In this document: piece by piece, positions 29,465 through 37,287 of the stretch | How the letters are laid out: every line of letters begins with the position of its first letter | Numbering within the stretch: position 1 is the first letter of the stretch | Virus record (IMG/VR): IMGVR_UViG_3300029922_000015 | Span: 1-64,000 of that record | Source of the DNA: a virus | Reading direction: 5' to 3' (one strand) | Length of the DNA stretch: 64,000 nt | Program-made: the position numbers and the translations under genes | The notes under the pieces: model-generated | Database searches by the model: none | What the model was told of the DNA's origin: nothing | The model's input: the letters and a program-made list of their open reading frames with translations, nothing else

Positions 29465-31416
29465 GTGTCTAATACGGTATATTCGTCTACGAAGGCTGTA
29501 GAGGAATCCTTATATTTAATATGGGTTTTGTCCTTACCGTTGTGTAAGTAGGTCAGATATCTTTGTGTGCTCGCGTGGAGTAAATATGCAACTTTGAAAA
29601 ATCCCTTATGATTTCCGGCTCCTTCTAACCAAATTAAATTGTCCATCTCGGGAATAAACGGTAACGTTTTGAAAATATAAGGATTGCCCTCAACAATTTC
29701 CATGTATTCGGGCTTGGTCGCGAAATAAATTTTGTCTTCGGGATAAAGATTAAAAATATCTTCTAATAAAGATAAAGCTAAAATAATGTCGCCTGCGGAC
29801 TCAGGAATAACCACTAGAATTCGGTGATCCCTGTCACCTTCAAGTATATTTTCAAAATCGACCTTGATAAGTTTGTCGTTATCTTGTCTGGCGACATTAA
29901 TAAAGAAATTATAAATATCTTCTCTCTTGGCTCCGTTTTGTAATTGTTGCATCCATTGAATAACCCCGCTATCATCATCGGGCAAATCCATAAAAAGAAT
30001 ATTTTTATACATATCCTTTAGCCATGAGAGATTATCTGATATATCCGGCATGGGATATTTGTCATTCTTCTCGGCGGACTTATTTCTATCAAAATGAAAA
30101 TCGTGCTTGGGAATTGCGAGAATGGACTCGGCTATCTCTTTTCCGGTTTTATTTGTAGCGTAATTCTCCAGAGCCCAAGTTCTAGAAAGCCGACCTAAAT
30201 CGGCAATCTTATCCGGCTTCATAGTTAAAGCTCTATAAATAATTTTAGCTATAGTATTGGGATTAGGATTGCTTTTTAAGAATAAACTTCCTATCTCAGT
30301 ATAGAAAGTATAATCAAGCTCAATCGAACCTTTATTAAACTTGATTATATCCTCTCCATACGAATAGTTACATGTCGCGACGGGAAGTTCTGTTAAAGCC
30401 GCTTCAACGCACGGCATTTCACACGCGCCCGAATTAGCTGGGTGAATATAAAAATTCATCAGATTGTAAATCTCATTCAATTGCTGTTCGGTAACGCCGC
30501 ATTGAATATTAGCGGTGATTAGAGATTTAGGAATGCCAGTCTTAGGGTTGGTTAGGTCTTGTCCTTGAAACGGGCCAACAAAATAATCTCTAGTATTCTT
30601 GCAAACATAAGTGCAGAGAACTTCTTTTTGATTTACTCCGTATTGCTTGCATAATTCTTCGATATTCCATCCCTCGCCATAATGAGTATGGGTATAAAGC
30701 ATTGTATGCTTAATCTCTGGATGCTGTCTCTTGAATAGGGCATATCCTTCGATTAACTTGTTGACAAGCTTTCGAGGTTGGTTTCTAAACACGAAACCAT
30801 AGATAAACGCTTGAGGATGGATATTATGGCGCTGTCTCAAAGATAGACGCTCAGAATCAGGCAAACGATAAAAGACTTCGGTATCTAAGCAGGGATATTG
30901 GGTCTTTGTTTCTACTCCCTCTTTTCTAAGAGCGTCTTCGGCAAATTTGCTCCAAGTCCAATAATAAGGGGTGGATTGCGCGTCTTCGATGCATTGCTTG
31001 CTAATAGGCAAGCTATCTACCGTCTCCCAAAAAATTACAGGAACTTTACCAAAAAAGGATTTCTTTCTTATAAAGCTAACGCCCCAAGTATCCTCTATAG
31101 CAAGAAGTACGTCGGGTTTAAACTTAAAAACTAAATCTTCAATAGCGTTATCGCCATACGAAGCCATTTTCGCTAAGTGCGCGTCTTGGTTTAAACGTTG
31201 AACTAATGCCGGATCGGGTGGAATTACTCCATGCGTTGCCCAAGGATATCTTTGGAAATCGGGATGCTCGTAGGGCATTCCGCAAGCGATATGAATCAAT
31301 TCTATCTTATCGCTATAATTAGTAAATAAATATTTAAGTAAAGATTTAGCATTTCTCCCAAAACCTGTGGCAGCGCCACAGTAGTTACTTAAAATCATTA
31401 CCCTCTTTTTCTCCAT
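29452..31416 (-). CDS. GT-B (GT4-like) glycosyltransferase with DUF4214-like and GT9 N-terminal domains
   Basis: ATGFGRNAK, FRNQPRK, LNEIYN...GACEMPCVEAALTELP; MYKNIL...DDSGVIQWMQQLQNG; VVIPESAGDIILAL. Confidence 0.8.
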   Translation of the reverse strand: MEKKRVMILSNYCGAATGFGRNAKSLLKYLFTNYSDKIELIHIACGMPYEHPDFQRYPWATHGVIPPDPALVQRLNQDAHLAKMASYGDNAIEDLVFKFKPDVLLAIEDTWGVSFIRKKSFFGKVPVIFWETVDSLPISKQCIEDAQSTPYYWTWSKFAEDALRKEGVETKTQYPCLDTEVFYRLPDSERLSLRQRHNIHPQAFIYGFVFRNQPRKLVNKLIEGYALFKRQHPEIKHTMLYTHTHYGEGWNIEELCKQYGVNQKEVLCTYVCKNTRDYFVGPFQGQDLTNPKTGIPKSLITANIQCGVTEQQLNEIYNLMNFYIHPANSGACEMPCVEAALTELPVATCNYSYGEDIIKFNKGSIELDYTFYTEIGSLFLKSNPNPNTIAKIIYRALTMKPDKIADLGRLSRTWALENYATNKTGKEIAESILAIPKHDFHFDRNKSAEKNDKYPMPDISDNLSWLKDMYKNILFMDLPDDDSGVIQWMQQLQNGAKREDIYNFFINVARQDNDKLIKVDFENILEGDRDHRILVVIPESAGDIILALSLLEDIFNLYPEDKIYFATKPEYMEIVEGNPYIFKTLPFIPEMDNLIWLEGAGNHKGFFKVAYLLHASTQRYLTYLHNGKDKTHIKYKDSSTAFVDEYTVLDTCTS

Positions 31417-31421
31417 ATCAT

Positions 31422-31450
31422 ATTATATATGAATGAGTAAAAAAAGTCTA
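31422..31450 (-). promoter_or_regulatory. sigma70-like promoter, leaderless
   Basis: TAGACT-17 nt-TATAAT, ATG 5 nt downstream. Confidence 0.7.
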
Positions 31451-31513
31451 ATAAATTATTGATATAAAAAACAATATTATTGTTTGAGATAACCACTTAA
31501 AGTCAATAAAATA

Positions 31514-31543
31514 AAAAGCCTATAAAATTAATTATAGGCTTTT
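31514..31543 (-). terminator. Intrinsic terminator closing the TnpB/ncRNA unit (possibly bidirectional)
   Basis: 12-bp inverted repeat AAAAGCCTATAA / TTATAGGCTTTT with a 6-nt loop and T-rich tail. Confidence 0.75.
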
Positions 31544-31557
31544 ATTTGTTTCTCTCG

Positions 31558-31618
31558 ATTTTCGTTTAAGCGGATAACAACATCACTTACTCTTTAACGA
31601 CATACGAAAGGACTTGTC
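31558..31618 (-). ncRNA. 61-nt pseudoknotted RNA scaffold, copy C (omegaRNA-like)
   Basis: GACAAGTCCTTTCGTATGTCGTTAAAGAGTAAGTGATGTTGTTATCCGCTTAAACGAAAAT; 56/61 identical to copy A. Confidence 0.75.
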
Positions 31619-31630
31619 GAGCTTTTACGT

Positions 31631-31691
31631 ATTTCTTCTTTGTTAGATAGCTACATCAACAACCCTTTATAGACGGGAAGAAGGAACCGTC
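31631..31691 (-). ncRNA. 61-nt pseudoknotted RNA scaffold, copy B, overlapping the tnpB stop codon
   Basis: GACGGTTCCTTCTTCCCGTCTATAAAGGGTTGTTGATGTAGCTATCTAACAAAGAAGAAAT; 37/61 identical to A with 9 compensatory pair changes. Confidence 0.75.
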
Positions 31692-33067
31692 TCTTTAGCT
31701 TTTTGATAACTAAATTCTTGAAATGTCAATGGAGCACCCCTTTTTGTTTTATTAAACTTCATGTAACCCTTTGTTCTAATAGAACGCCACGTATAAAAAT
31801 CTTTCAGTCCTTCTTTCCAAATTATTAGTCCGAATCGAGCAATATTTTTAGCTCCACTAATGTGAGCGTCGAAAGCAGAATGGCAATTCGGGCATTGCGT
31901 CTTATCGTGCGTTTCACGATCTAATTGCGCATCACAACCCAAACACATTTGACTAGTATAAGCGGTCGGCACCAAAACAAATGGGATTCGTTCTTCATAA
32001 CAACGTTTCTGCAAATATTTAATAATTTTATCGTGACCAAACGATCCCATATTAGCACCAGCGGTTAAATTATCAATACATAGCAAAAATCTATTTTCTT
32101 TAATAAACGGAAACCAAGAATCGACAATAGGACGTATAATTTTCAAAAAATGAGCGTGCTTTCTTTGAATCTTAAAACGAATGGCGCTTCTTCGAGCTTG
32201 CGTCAGCCTTTCGGAAGGAAATTTTCTGTCATATTTTTCTTTCCATTCTTTATTAAGTTCGTTTAATCCTTGAATTGCATTTTGACACGCCGGACTCAAG
32301 GATAATTTGATTTTTTCATTAATAGACTGGCTAAAAACTATACTGTTGTCTTTATGACGATTTAAATCGATCCCAAGTGAAGCTTGAGGTAAATAAGCCC
32401 ATTCGAAATCGATAAGTAGAACCATTACATATTCCCATCTTCCGCTATTATATCGGATAAGATTTCCTCCTTTAAACCATTCTCCTTTAGTATTAAGCGA
32501 GTAGTTTCTCTTTAGAGTCTCGATTTTCCATTGGGCGGCTTCGGGAATGGTAAATGGAATAGATAACCATTCATTATCTTTCAAATAATAGGAAAAGATA
32601 TCGTTCGAAATTTTTACCACTCCGCTACTTTGAATTTGAATCGATTTTCCGTTCTTGATTTTAGGAGGAGAAGTAATTGATTTTTTCTTGAATCGCTTGG
32701 CTCGCGAGGAATACATTTCGATAGCTTTAAACGAAATAGCTTTGGCTGGGGCTTGCTTGTTCCACCCGAATCTCTCTTGAAATTTTGGCATTAATTCTCT
32801 AGTAAAATCATCAGGGAATTTAGCTCTTTTCGGTTTTAAATCGTCCAAAGAGATTTCTTGATTATTATATTTATCGTGAATAATTTCAAGACTATCATTG
32901 ACAGCTTTTTTAAATCCATTTAAAATCTCCAATAGCATTGTTTCCTGATTTGGAGTAGGATTTAAATGCAAATTAACTTTAATTAATTTGAATGGTTTTT
33001 CTTTCCATTCTGAATCGAAAGGGAGTCTTTGTTTTTTCATAGGAAAATGCGGAATAGTTTGACCCAT
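31667..33067 (-). CDS. tnpB: TnpB/Cas12f-like RNA-guided protein with non-canonical RuvC triad
   Basis: IS605 OrfB-type N-terminus (VNLHLNPTPNQETML...KAVN); RuvC-I LGID234LN; RuvC-II LCID332NL; TSQMCxxC...CxxC Zn finger; RuvC-III DAH402ISGAKNI. Confidence 0.85.
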   Translation of the reverse strand: MGQTIPHFPMKKQRLPFDSEWKEKPFKLIKVNLHLNPTPNQETMLLEILNGFKKAVNDSLEIIHDKYNNQEISLDDLKPKRAKFPDDFTRELMPKFQERFGWNKQAPAKAISFKAIEMYSSRAKRFKKKSITSPPKIKNGKSIQIQSSGVVKISNDIFSYYLKDNEWLSIPFTIPEAAQWKIETLKRNYSLNTKGEWFKGGNLIRYNSGRWEYVMVLLIDFEWAYLPQASLGIDLNRHKDNSIVFSQSINEKIKLSLSPACQNAIQGLNELNKEWKEKYDRKFPSERLTQARRSAIRFKIQRKHAHFLKIIRPIVDSWFPFIKENRFLLCIDNLTAGANMGSFGHDKIIKYLQKRCYEERIPFVLVPTAYTSQMCLGCDAQLDRETHDKTQCPNCHSAFDAHISGAKNIARFGLIIWKEGLKDFYTWRSIRTKGYMKFNKTKRGAPLTFQEFSYQKAKETVPSSRL

Positions 33068-33089
33068 TCCGCATTATTAGTTTCAGGCT

Positions 33090-33150
33090 ATTTTCGTTTA
33101 AGCTGATAACTACATCGCTTACTCTTTATAGACATACGAAAGGACTTGTC
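33090..33150 (-). ncRNA. 61-nt pseudoknotted RNA scaffold, copy A, upstream of tnpB
   Basis: GACAAGTCCTTTCGTATGTCTATAAAGAGTAAGCGATGTAGTTATCAGCTTAAACGAAAAT; starts 1 nt after the SSB-like gene's stop codon. Confidence 0.75.
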
Positions 33151-33151
33151 T

Positions 33152-33703
33152 TTAAAACGGATCGGCCCCGCTATCTTCTCCGGCAGTTGAATCCTCACCC
33201 TTTGGAGTTTCAGACGACTTCGGAGCTTGAGCTTTTTTAGCCGCGTAATCCTTTGCCCGCTTGATATCTTCTGAATATTGAGCGTCGAAGAAATGAGTTA
33301 AAACATACTTTAAATGTTCTTCTAGTAGAACCGCCTCGTCTAATGTAAACGGCACTTTCCACTTTTCGGTATTCTTAAGGACGGTCAAACCGAATCCGGC
33401 CACCGTATCAGAATCCTTTGTCTTATAAGGAGCAAAGAAAATGGTAGTCTTCGAATCTGCGGTTGTATGGAAAAACTTAACTTCGATTAAATTACGAAGC
33501 GAGCGCAGAAATCCGCCAATCTCCGTTGCGTTAAATTTAATGTTTAGCTTCTGTCCCTCCTTAAAGCTTCCGATGTGACGAGACTCGTCGTATCCTGTTT
33601 GTCTGACAATTTGAATGTATAGCGCCCCGTCTTTACTATTGAAAGAAAAGTCCGCGAGTGCTCCCGTTACTGTTTTATTTGGTTTGAAAAAACTTAGGCC
33701 CAT
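33152..33703 (-). CDS. Putative single-stranded DNA-binding protein (PC4/Whirly-like fold)
   Basis: Beta-beta-beta-alpha pattern twice; disordered acidic tail ending SGADPF like the bacterial SSB C-terminus; adjacent to DnaE. Confidence 0.5.
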   Translation of the reverse strand: MGLSFFKPNKTVTGALADFSFNSKDGALYIQIVRQTGYDESRHIGSFKEGQKLNIKFNATEIGGFLRSLRNLIEVKFFHTTADSKTTIFFAPYKTKDSDTVAGFGLTVLKNTEKWKVPFTLDEAVLLEEHLKYVLTHFFDAQYSEDIKRAKDYAAKKAQAPKSSETPKGEDSTAGEDSGADPF

Positions 33704-33735
33704 AATTTTATTCCTTATTGTATATTGTATATTTC

Positions 33736-36321
33736 TTACGTTACTTTATCCACTAATTCTTCTTCTTTAAATTCATTTCTTAACTCTGAAAGCTTAGTAT
33801 AAATTTTAAAGTTTTGAATGTCACATTTATCCAAAAAGATTGTTTCGTTATCTTGTTTTTTTCCCTTGACAAAGACGATATCTCCTTCTTTCGGAATAAC
33901 TCCGCCATTCTCTTCCATGATCAAATCGACGGTCGCCGAACGTTCCGTGTTAAACGCCATAGCTCTAATGATTCCCGTTTCGTCTTGCAGACTTAGGGCG
34001 AGATAGACTGTTCCTTTACGAGAGGTTTTTTTTGAACTTTCTAGAACTTCGCACACAGAGAAAATTCGATCATTCTGGTCTTTTTTGTCTTGGATATCCC
34101 GAACCGTCTCTAGAAGATTCATGTACTCAGAATTAATTTCTCGAAGATTGTAAGTATATGGATAACCCATATTCTGCTTTTCGTAGTAGTAGATTGCTAG
34201 TTTATCAAATTGACTATTCTTCTGGAAAATCTCTTTGTATGGTGCTGCACGACGCTTTAAAGTTTCTAGTCGGGTGTCTTTGATATAAGGCTTTCCCTTA
34301 TCATTTTTATTCTTAATCATGTACCCTAAAATTTCGCGCAAGTCTTTATACTTGTCACTCATTTGGATAAAGATAGCGTGAACGTATTTCTTTTCGGTCG
34401 CTGTAAGCAAACGATAAAGCTGAGCCTCGTAAACAAGAGAACTTCGGTCAATATCGGATTCTAAACAGCCGCTCTGAATTAAGCAGGAAAGAACCCCGAT
34501 ATTGATTTTGCATTGTTCTGCGGCGGCAAATAGCTCGAATCGATTTGCATATTCCTTACGGAAACCAAGAAGCTTTTCGATGGTCTTATCTGAAATACCA
34601 CGCAATGATCCTAGCCCATAACGAATATTTCCATTCTCAATTGAAAATTCCAACTTAGAATTAGTTAGGCTTGGAGGTAAAAGCTTAATTCCGAAATCTT
34701 GCAACTCGTGTTGAATCGTATTAATTTCCTGTAATGGGTTTTGCTCGAACTTGGCTTGATTGAGCAAAGCAATATAAAACTGCAAAGGGTGTTTGTATTT
34801 TAGATAAATAGTTAAAGCAGCTAAGGCCGCGAAGGAAACAGAGTGAGAAAGATTGAACGAGTATTTAGATGAATCGTCTAGAATCTTCCATAGCAATTCG
34901 CCCAAAGCTTCGGGGTGCTTATTTTCCTTACATTTGGCGTAAATCTTTTCTTTCCATTCTTTAACTTCGTCTACTTTTTTCTTACCTACGATGCGACGAA
35001 GAATTTCCGCTTCTTCTAAAGAGAAGCCCATCGCATGAGCCATTTGCATCATTTCCTCTTGATATAAACACACATATCGAGTCTTTTTTAGAATAGGATC
35101 AAAAATAGGATGAACTTTTTCATCCGAGTTAGCCACGTACTTATCCACATAAGCAAGAGCGCCGGGGCGAGCCATAGCAACCACGTCAGATAATTCTAAC
35201 AAATTCTTAGGACAAACTTGATTAGCCACGCGCAAATTACAATCCGCTTCGAGTTGGAAAATACCATGCGGATACTTTAAACCGTATTTTAAATTATCGT
35301 AAATAATAGGATCGTTGTCTACGTTGATAGTGCGCCAATCAATTCCTAGCTGCTTACAACAATCGTCAACCACGGCAGAACAACGCGAACCAAGAATATC
35401 TAACTTAATAGATAAAGAGGAAACATCATTCATAGTATAGCAACTGACTAAATCTTTATCTTTGGTAAGTTGCAGGGGCATTTCGTCTAATAGTTCTTTA
35501 TACGAAACGACGTATCCCGAAGCGTGAACCGAGGAATTCTTATAGAGATTTCTTAGCTTTAAAGCTATCTCATAAGCTTCTTTGTTTTCATCTGCCCATC
35601 TACGAAATTCCGCTTCGTCTTTATATGCATCTTCTAAATCGTGAACTATGCCAAAATGTTTAGGAATTAAATCGGCGACCTTAACCATCTCATGTTCGGG
35701 ATGCTCCTCAACAATCTTTCCGCATTCCTTGATTAGAATTTTTCCGCTCAATTCTGACATATTCAGAATTTTGCACATACGATTAGGATAGAGAGAATTA
35801 AGGAACTCGACTACCTGTTGACGTTTATGAGGGTTCACATCCAAATCGACATCGGGAGCCAATCCCCCGTCGATATAAGTTATTCCTTCTACGACCTTCT
35901 TTTTAGCGCGAGTCTTAGAAATGAATCGTTCGAAGAACAATCCATATTTTAAAGGATCGATTTCAGTAACCCCCAAGCAATAGAATATGAGCGATCCTGC
36001 TGCGCTTCCGCGACCGTAATCTCGCATAATATTATTAGTTTGACAAAAATTACATACGCGCCATACTAGTAAGAAATAATCTACAAAACCCAATTCACTG
36101 ATCGTATCTAACTCTCTATGTAACCGAGCTAAATAATCAGGATTGTTATCTGATAAACCGCGTTGAGCAAAACCCTTTTGAGCGATAAACCCAAGAAATT
36201 GATCATTACTACAGTTCTTATTTCCGTAAGTAGAGAGTTCTTCTTCGGTAAGACGTATTTCTGGTAATCTAATATATCCAAAATCGAACTTATAGTTCGT
36301 AAATTTATCTGTGAAACTCAT
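33736..36321 (-). CDS. dnaE: DNA polymerase III alpha subunit lacking the N-terminal PHP domain
   Basis: GFVDYFL, GRGSAAGSL, LFFERF, PDVDLD, VHASG, KLDILG, YSFNLSH, C-terminal OB fold. Confidence 0.92.
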   Translation of the reverse strand: MSFTDKFTNYKFDFGYIRLPEIRLTEEELSTYGNKNCSNDQFLGFIAQKGFAQRGLSDNNPDYLARLHRELDTISELGFVDYFLLVWRVCNFCQTNNIMRDYGRGSAAGSLIFYCLGVTEIDPLKYGLFFERFISKTRAKKKVVEGITYIDGGLAPDVDLDVNPHKRQQVVEFLNSLYPNRMCKILNMSELSGKILIKECGKIVEEHPEHEMVKVADLIPKHFGIVHDLEDAYKDEAEFRRWADENKEAYEIALKLRNLYKNSSVHASGYVVSYKELLDEMPLQLTKDKDLVSCYTMNDVSSLSIKLDILGSRCSAVVDDCCKQLGIDWRTINVDNDPIIYDNLKYGLKYPHGIFQLEADCNLRVANQVCPKNLLELSDVVAMARPGALAYVDKYVANSDEKVHPIFDPILKKTRYVCLYQEEMMQMAHAMGFSLEEAEILRRIVGKKKVDEVKEWKEKIYAKCKENKHPEALGELLWKILDDSSKYSFNLSHSVSFAALAALTIYLKYKHPLQFYIALLNQAKFEQNPLQEINTIQHELQDFGIKLLPPSLTNSKLEFSIENGNIRYGLGSLRGISDKTIEKLLGFRKEYANRFELFAAAEQCKINIGVLSCLIQSGCLESDIDRSSLVYEAQLYRLLTATEKKYVHAIFIQMSDKYKDLREILGYMIKNKNDKGKPYIKDTRLETLKRRAAPYKEIFQKNSQFDKLAIYYYEKQNMGYPYTYNLREINSEYMNLLETVRDIQDKKDQNDRIFSVCEVLESSKKTSRKGTVYLALSLQDETGIIRAMAFNTERSATVDLIMEENGGVIPKEGDIVFVKGKKQDNETIFLDKCDIQNFKIYTKLSELRNEFKEEELVDKVT

Positions 36322-36322
36322 A

Positions 36323-36970
36323 TTAAATTTCTAATTGCTTTACTAACGGATGAAAAACCTCAAAGGTTTTTTTAATATCTACTAATGCGTCATGCATTTC
36401 ATCGGGATTATAAGCGATTCCCAAATCTCTACACAATTGAGCTAGGTTCGTCTTTAGTCCCTTCTTTCTAACACTTAGGAAGCGATATTGTTGAGCCAAG
36501 AAATCTTCTGTTTCTTTAAATTTAAGCCCTAATTTCCAGCAAACCGCTAATGCACGAACATCGATAATCCTATCAATATAAGAATAGTCTATAGAGTTTC
36601 CGAAGTTTTCGCGCCACATACTATGAATGTAAACATCAAAATTCAACAGATTTTGTCCTACGATAATATACTCTTCATTATACAAATCCTTATCAAACAA
36701 ATCTAATATTTCTTTAGGGTCTTGTCCGTAAAGCTCAATATTTCTAGGGTCGAATCTTGTTGCAGCCGCCGCCCCCGGTGAGATGTAAAAATCAGGCCAT
36801 CTAAGATAATAATTATTCTTTTTGATGATTTCAGTTCCTTGACATATCAACCACGAGACTTGCCAAGGTCTGTTATACCCCATTGCTAAATTAAGACACG
36901 AAGTTTCCAAATCGGGAACCATGAACTTCTTTTTCGAGAAGTTATATTTAAGGGATTCAGAGCCTATCAT
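36323..36970 (-). CDS. DEDDh 3'-5' exonuclease (epsilon/DnaQ-like)
   Basis: DLETS, GQNLLNFD, HDALVD. Confidence 0.85.
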   Translation of the reverse strand: MIGSESLKYNFSKKKFMVPDLETSCLNLAMGYNRPWQVSWLICQGTEIIKKNNYYLRWPDFYISPGAAAATRFDPRNIELYGQDPKEILDLFDKDLYNEEYIIVGQNLLNFDVYIHSMWRENFGNSIDYSYIDRIIDVRALAVCWKLGLKFKETEDFLAQQYRFLSVRKKGLKTNLAQLCRDLGIAYNPDEMHDALVDIKKTFEVFHPLVKQLEI

Positions 36971-37287
36971 TTCGATCTTTCGTACTTTTTCTTTAGTCGA
37001 TCCAATTCTTTAAGTTCTCGTTTTTGTATAGAAGCTTCTATTTTGAGACGCTGACTTTCTTCTTTAGCCTCTTTTTTTAGTCGTCTTTCATATTCCTTAT
37101 CTGTTTCTTCTCGTATTTCTCGGCACTCTAATCCATCATTTCCAGCGTATATGATAGTAGAAAAAATACCATTTTCTCGCATATCTTTAGCTATAGCTTC
37201 TAGATTCTCAGGCGTATAGTTAGTCCAATCATTAAATAAACCAGACTGGATTTCTATTTGTTTTTTAGGGGACAATTCTTCGCTCAT
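36967..37287 (-). CDS. Hypothetical protein
   Basis: ORF track; REETDKEYERRL charged coiled coil. Confidence 0.6.
   Translation of the reverse strand: MSEELSPKKQIEIQSGLFNDWTNYTPENLEAIAKDMRENGIFSTIIYAGNDGLECREIREETDKEYERRLKKEAKEESQRLKIEASIQKRELKELDRLKKKYERSK

Noticed and set aside
31558-31691. CRISPR array next to a Cas12f-like gene
   Set aside because: Units are 61 nt, pseudoknotted and divergent, the spacer is only 12 nt, one copy lies upstream of the gene, and there is no cas1/cas2. This fits omegaRNA-like scaffolds better.
33090-33150. Known self-cleaving ribozyme or riboswitch (HDV/theta, pistol, hammerhead, preQ1-II)
   Set aside because: There is no P3/L3 for HDV, the strand order is wrong for pistol, and there is no CUGANGA core. 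The topology resembles preQ1-II, but two copies are not in a 5' UTR and no queuosine gene is adjacent. An Rfam scan is still advisable.
31558-33150. Type III toxin-antitoxin (ToxI-like pseudoknot repeats)
   Set aside because: The protein is RuvC/Zn-finger TnpB-like rather than ToxN/CptN/TenpN, and the repeats are not a tandem array upstream of a terminator and toxin.
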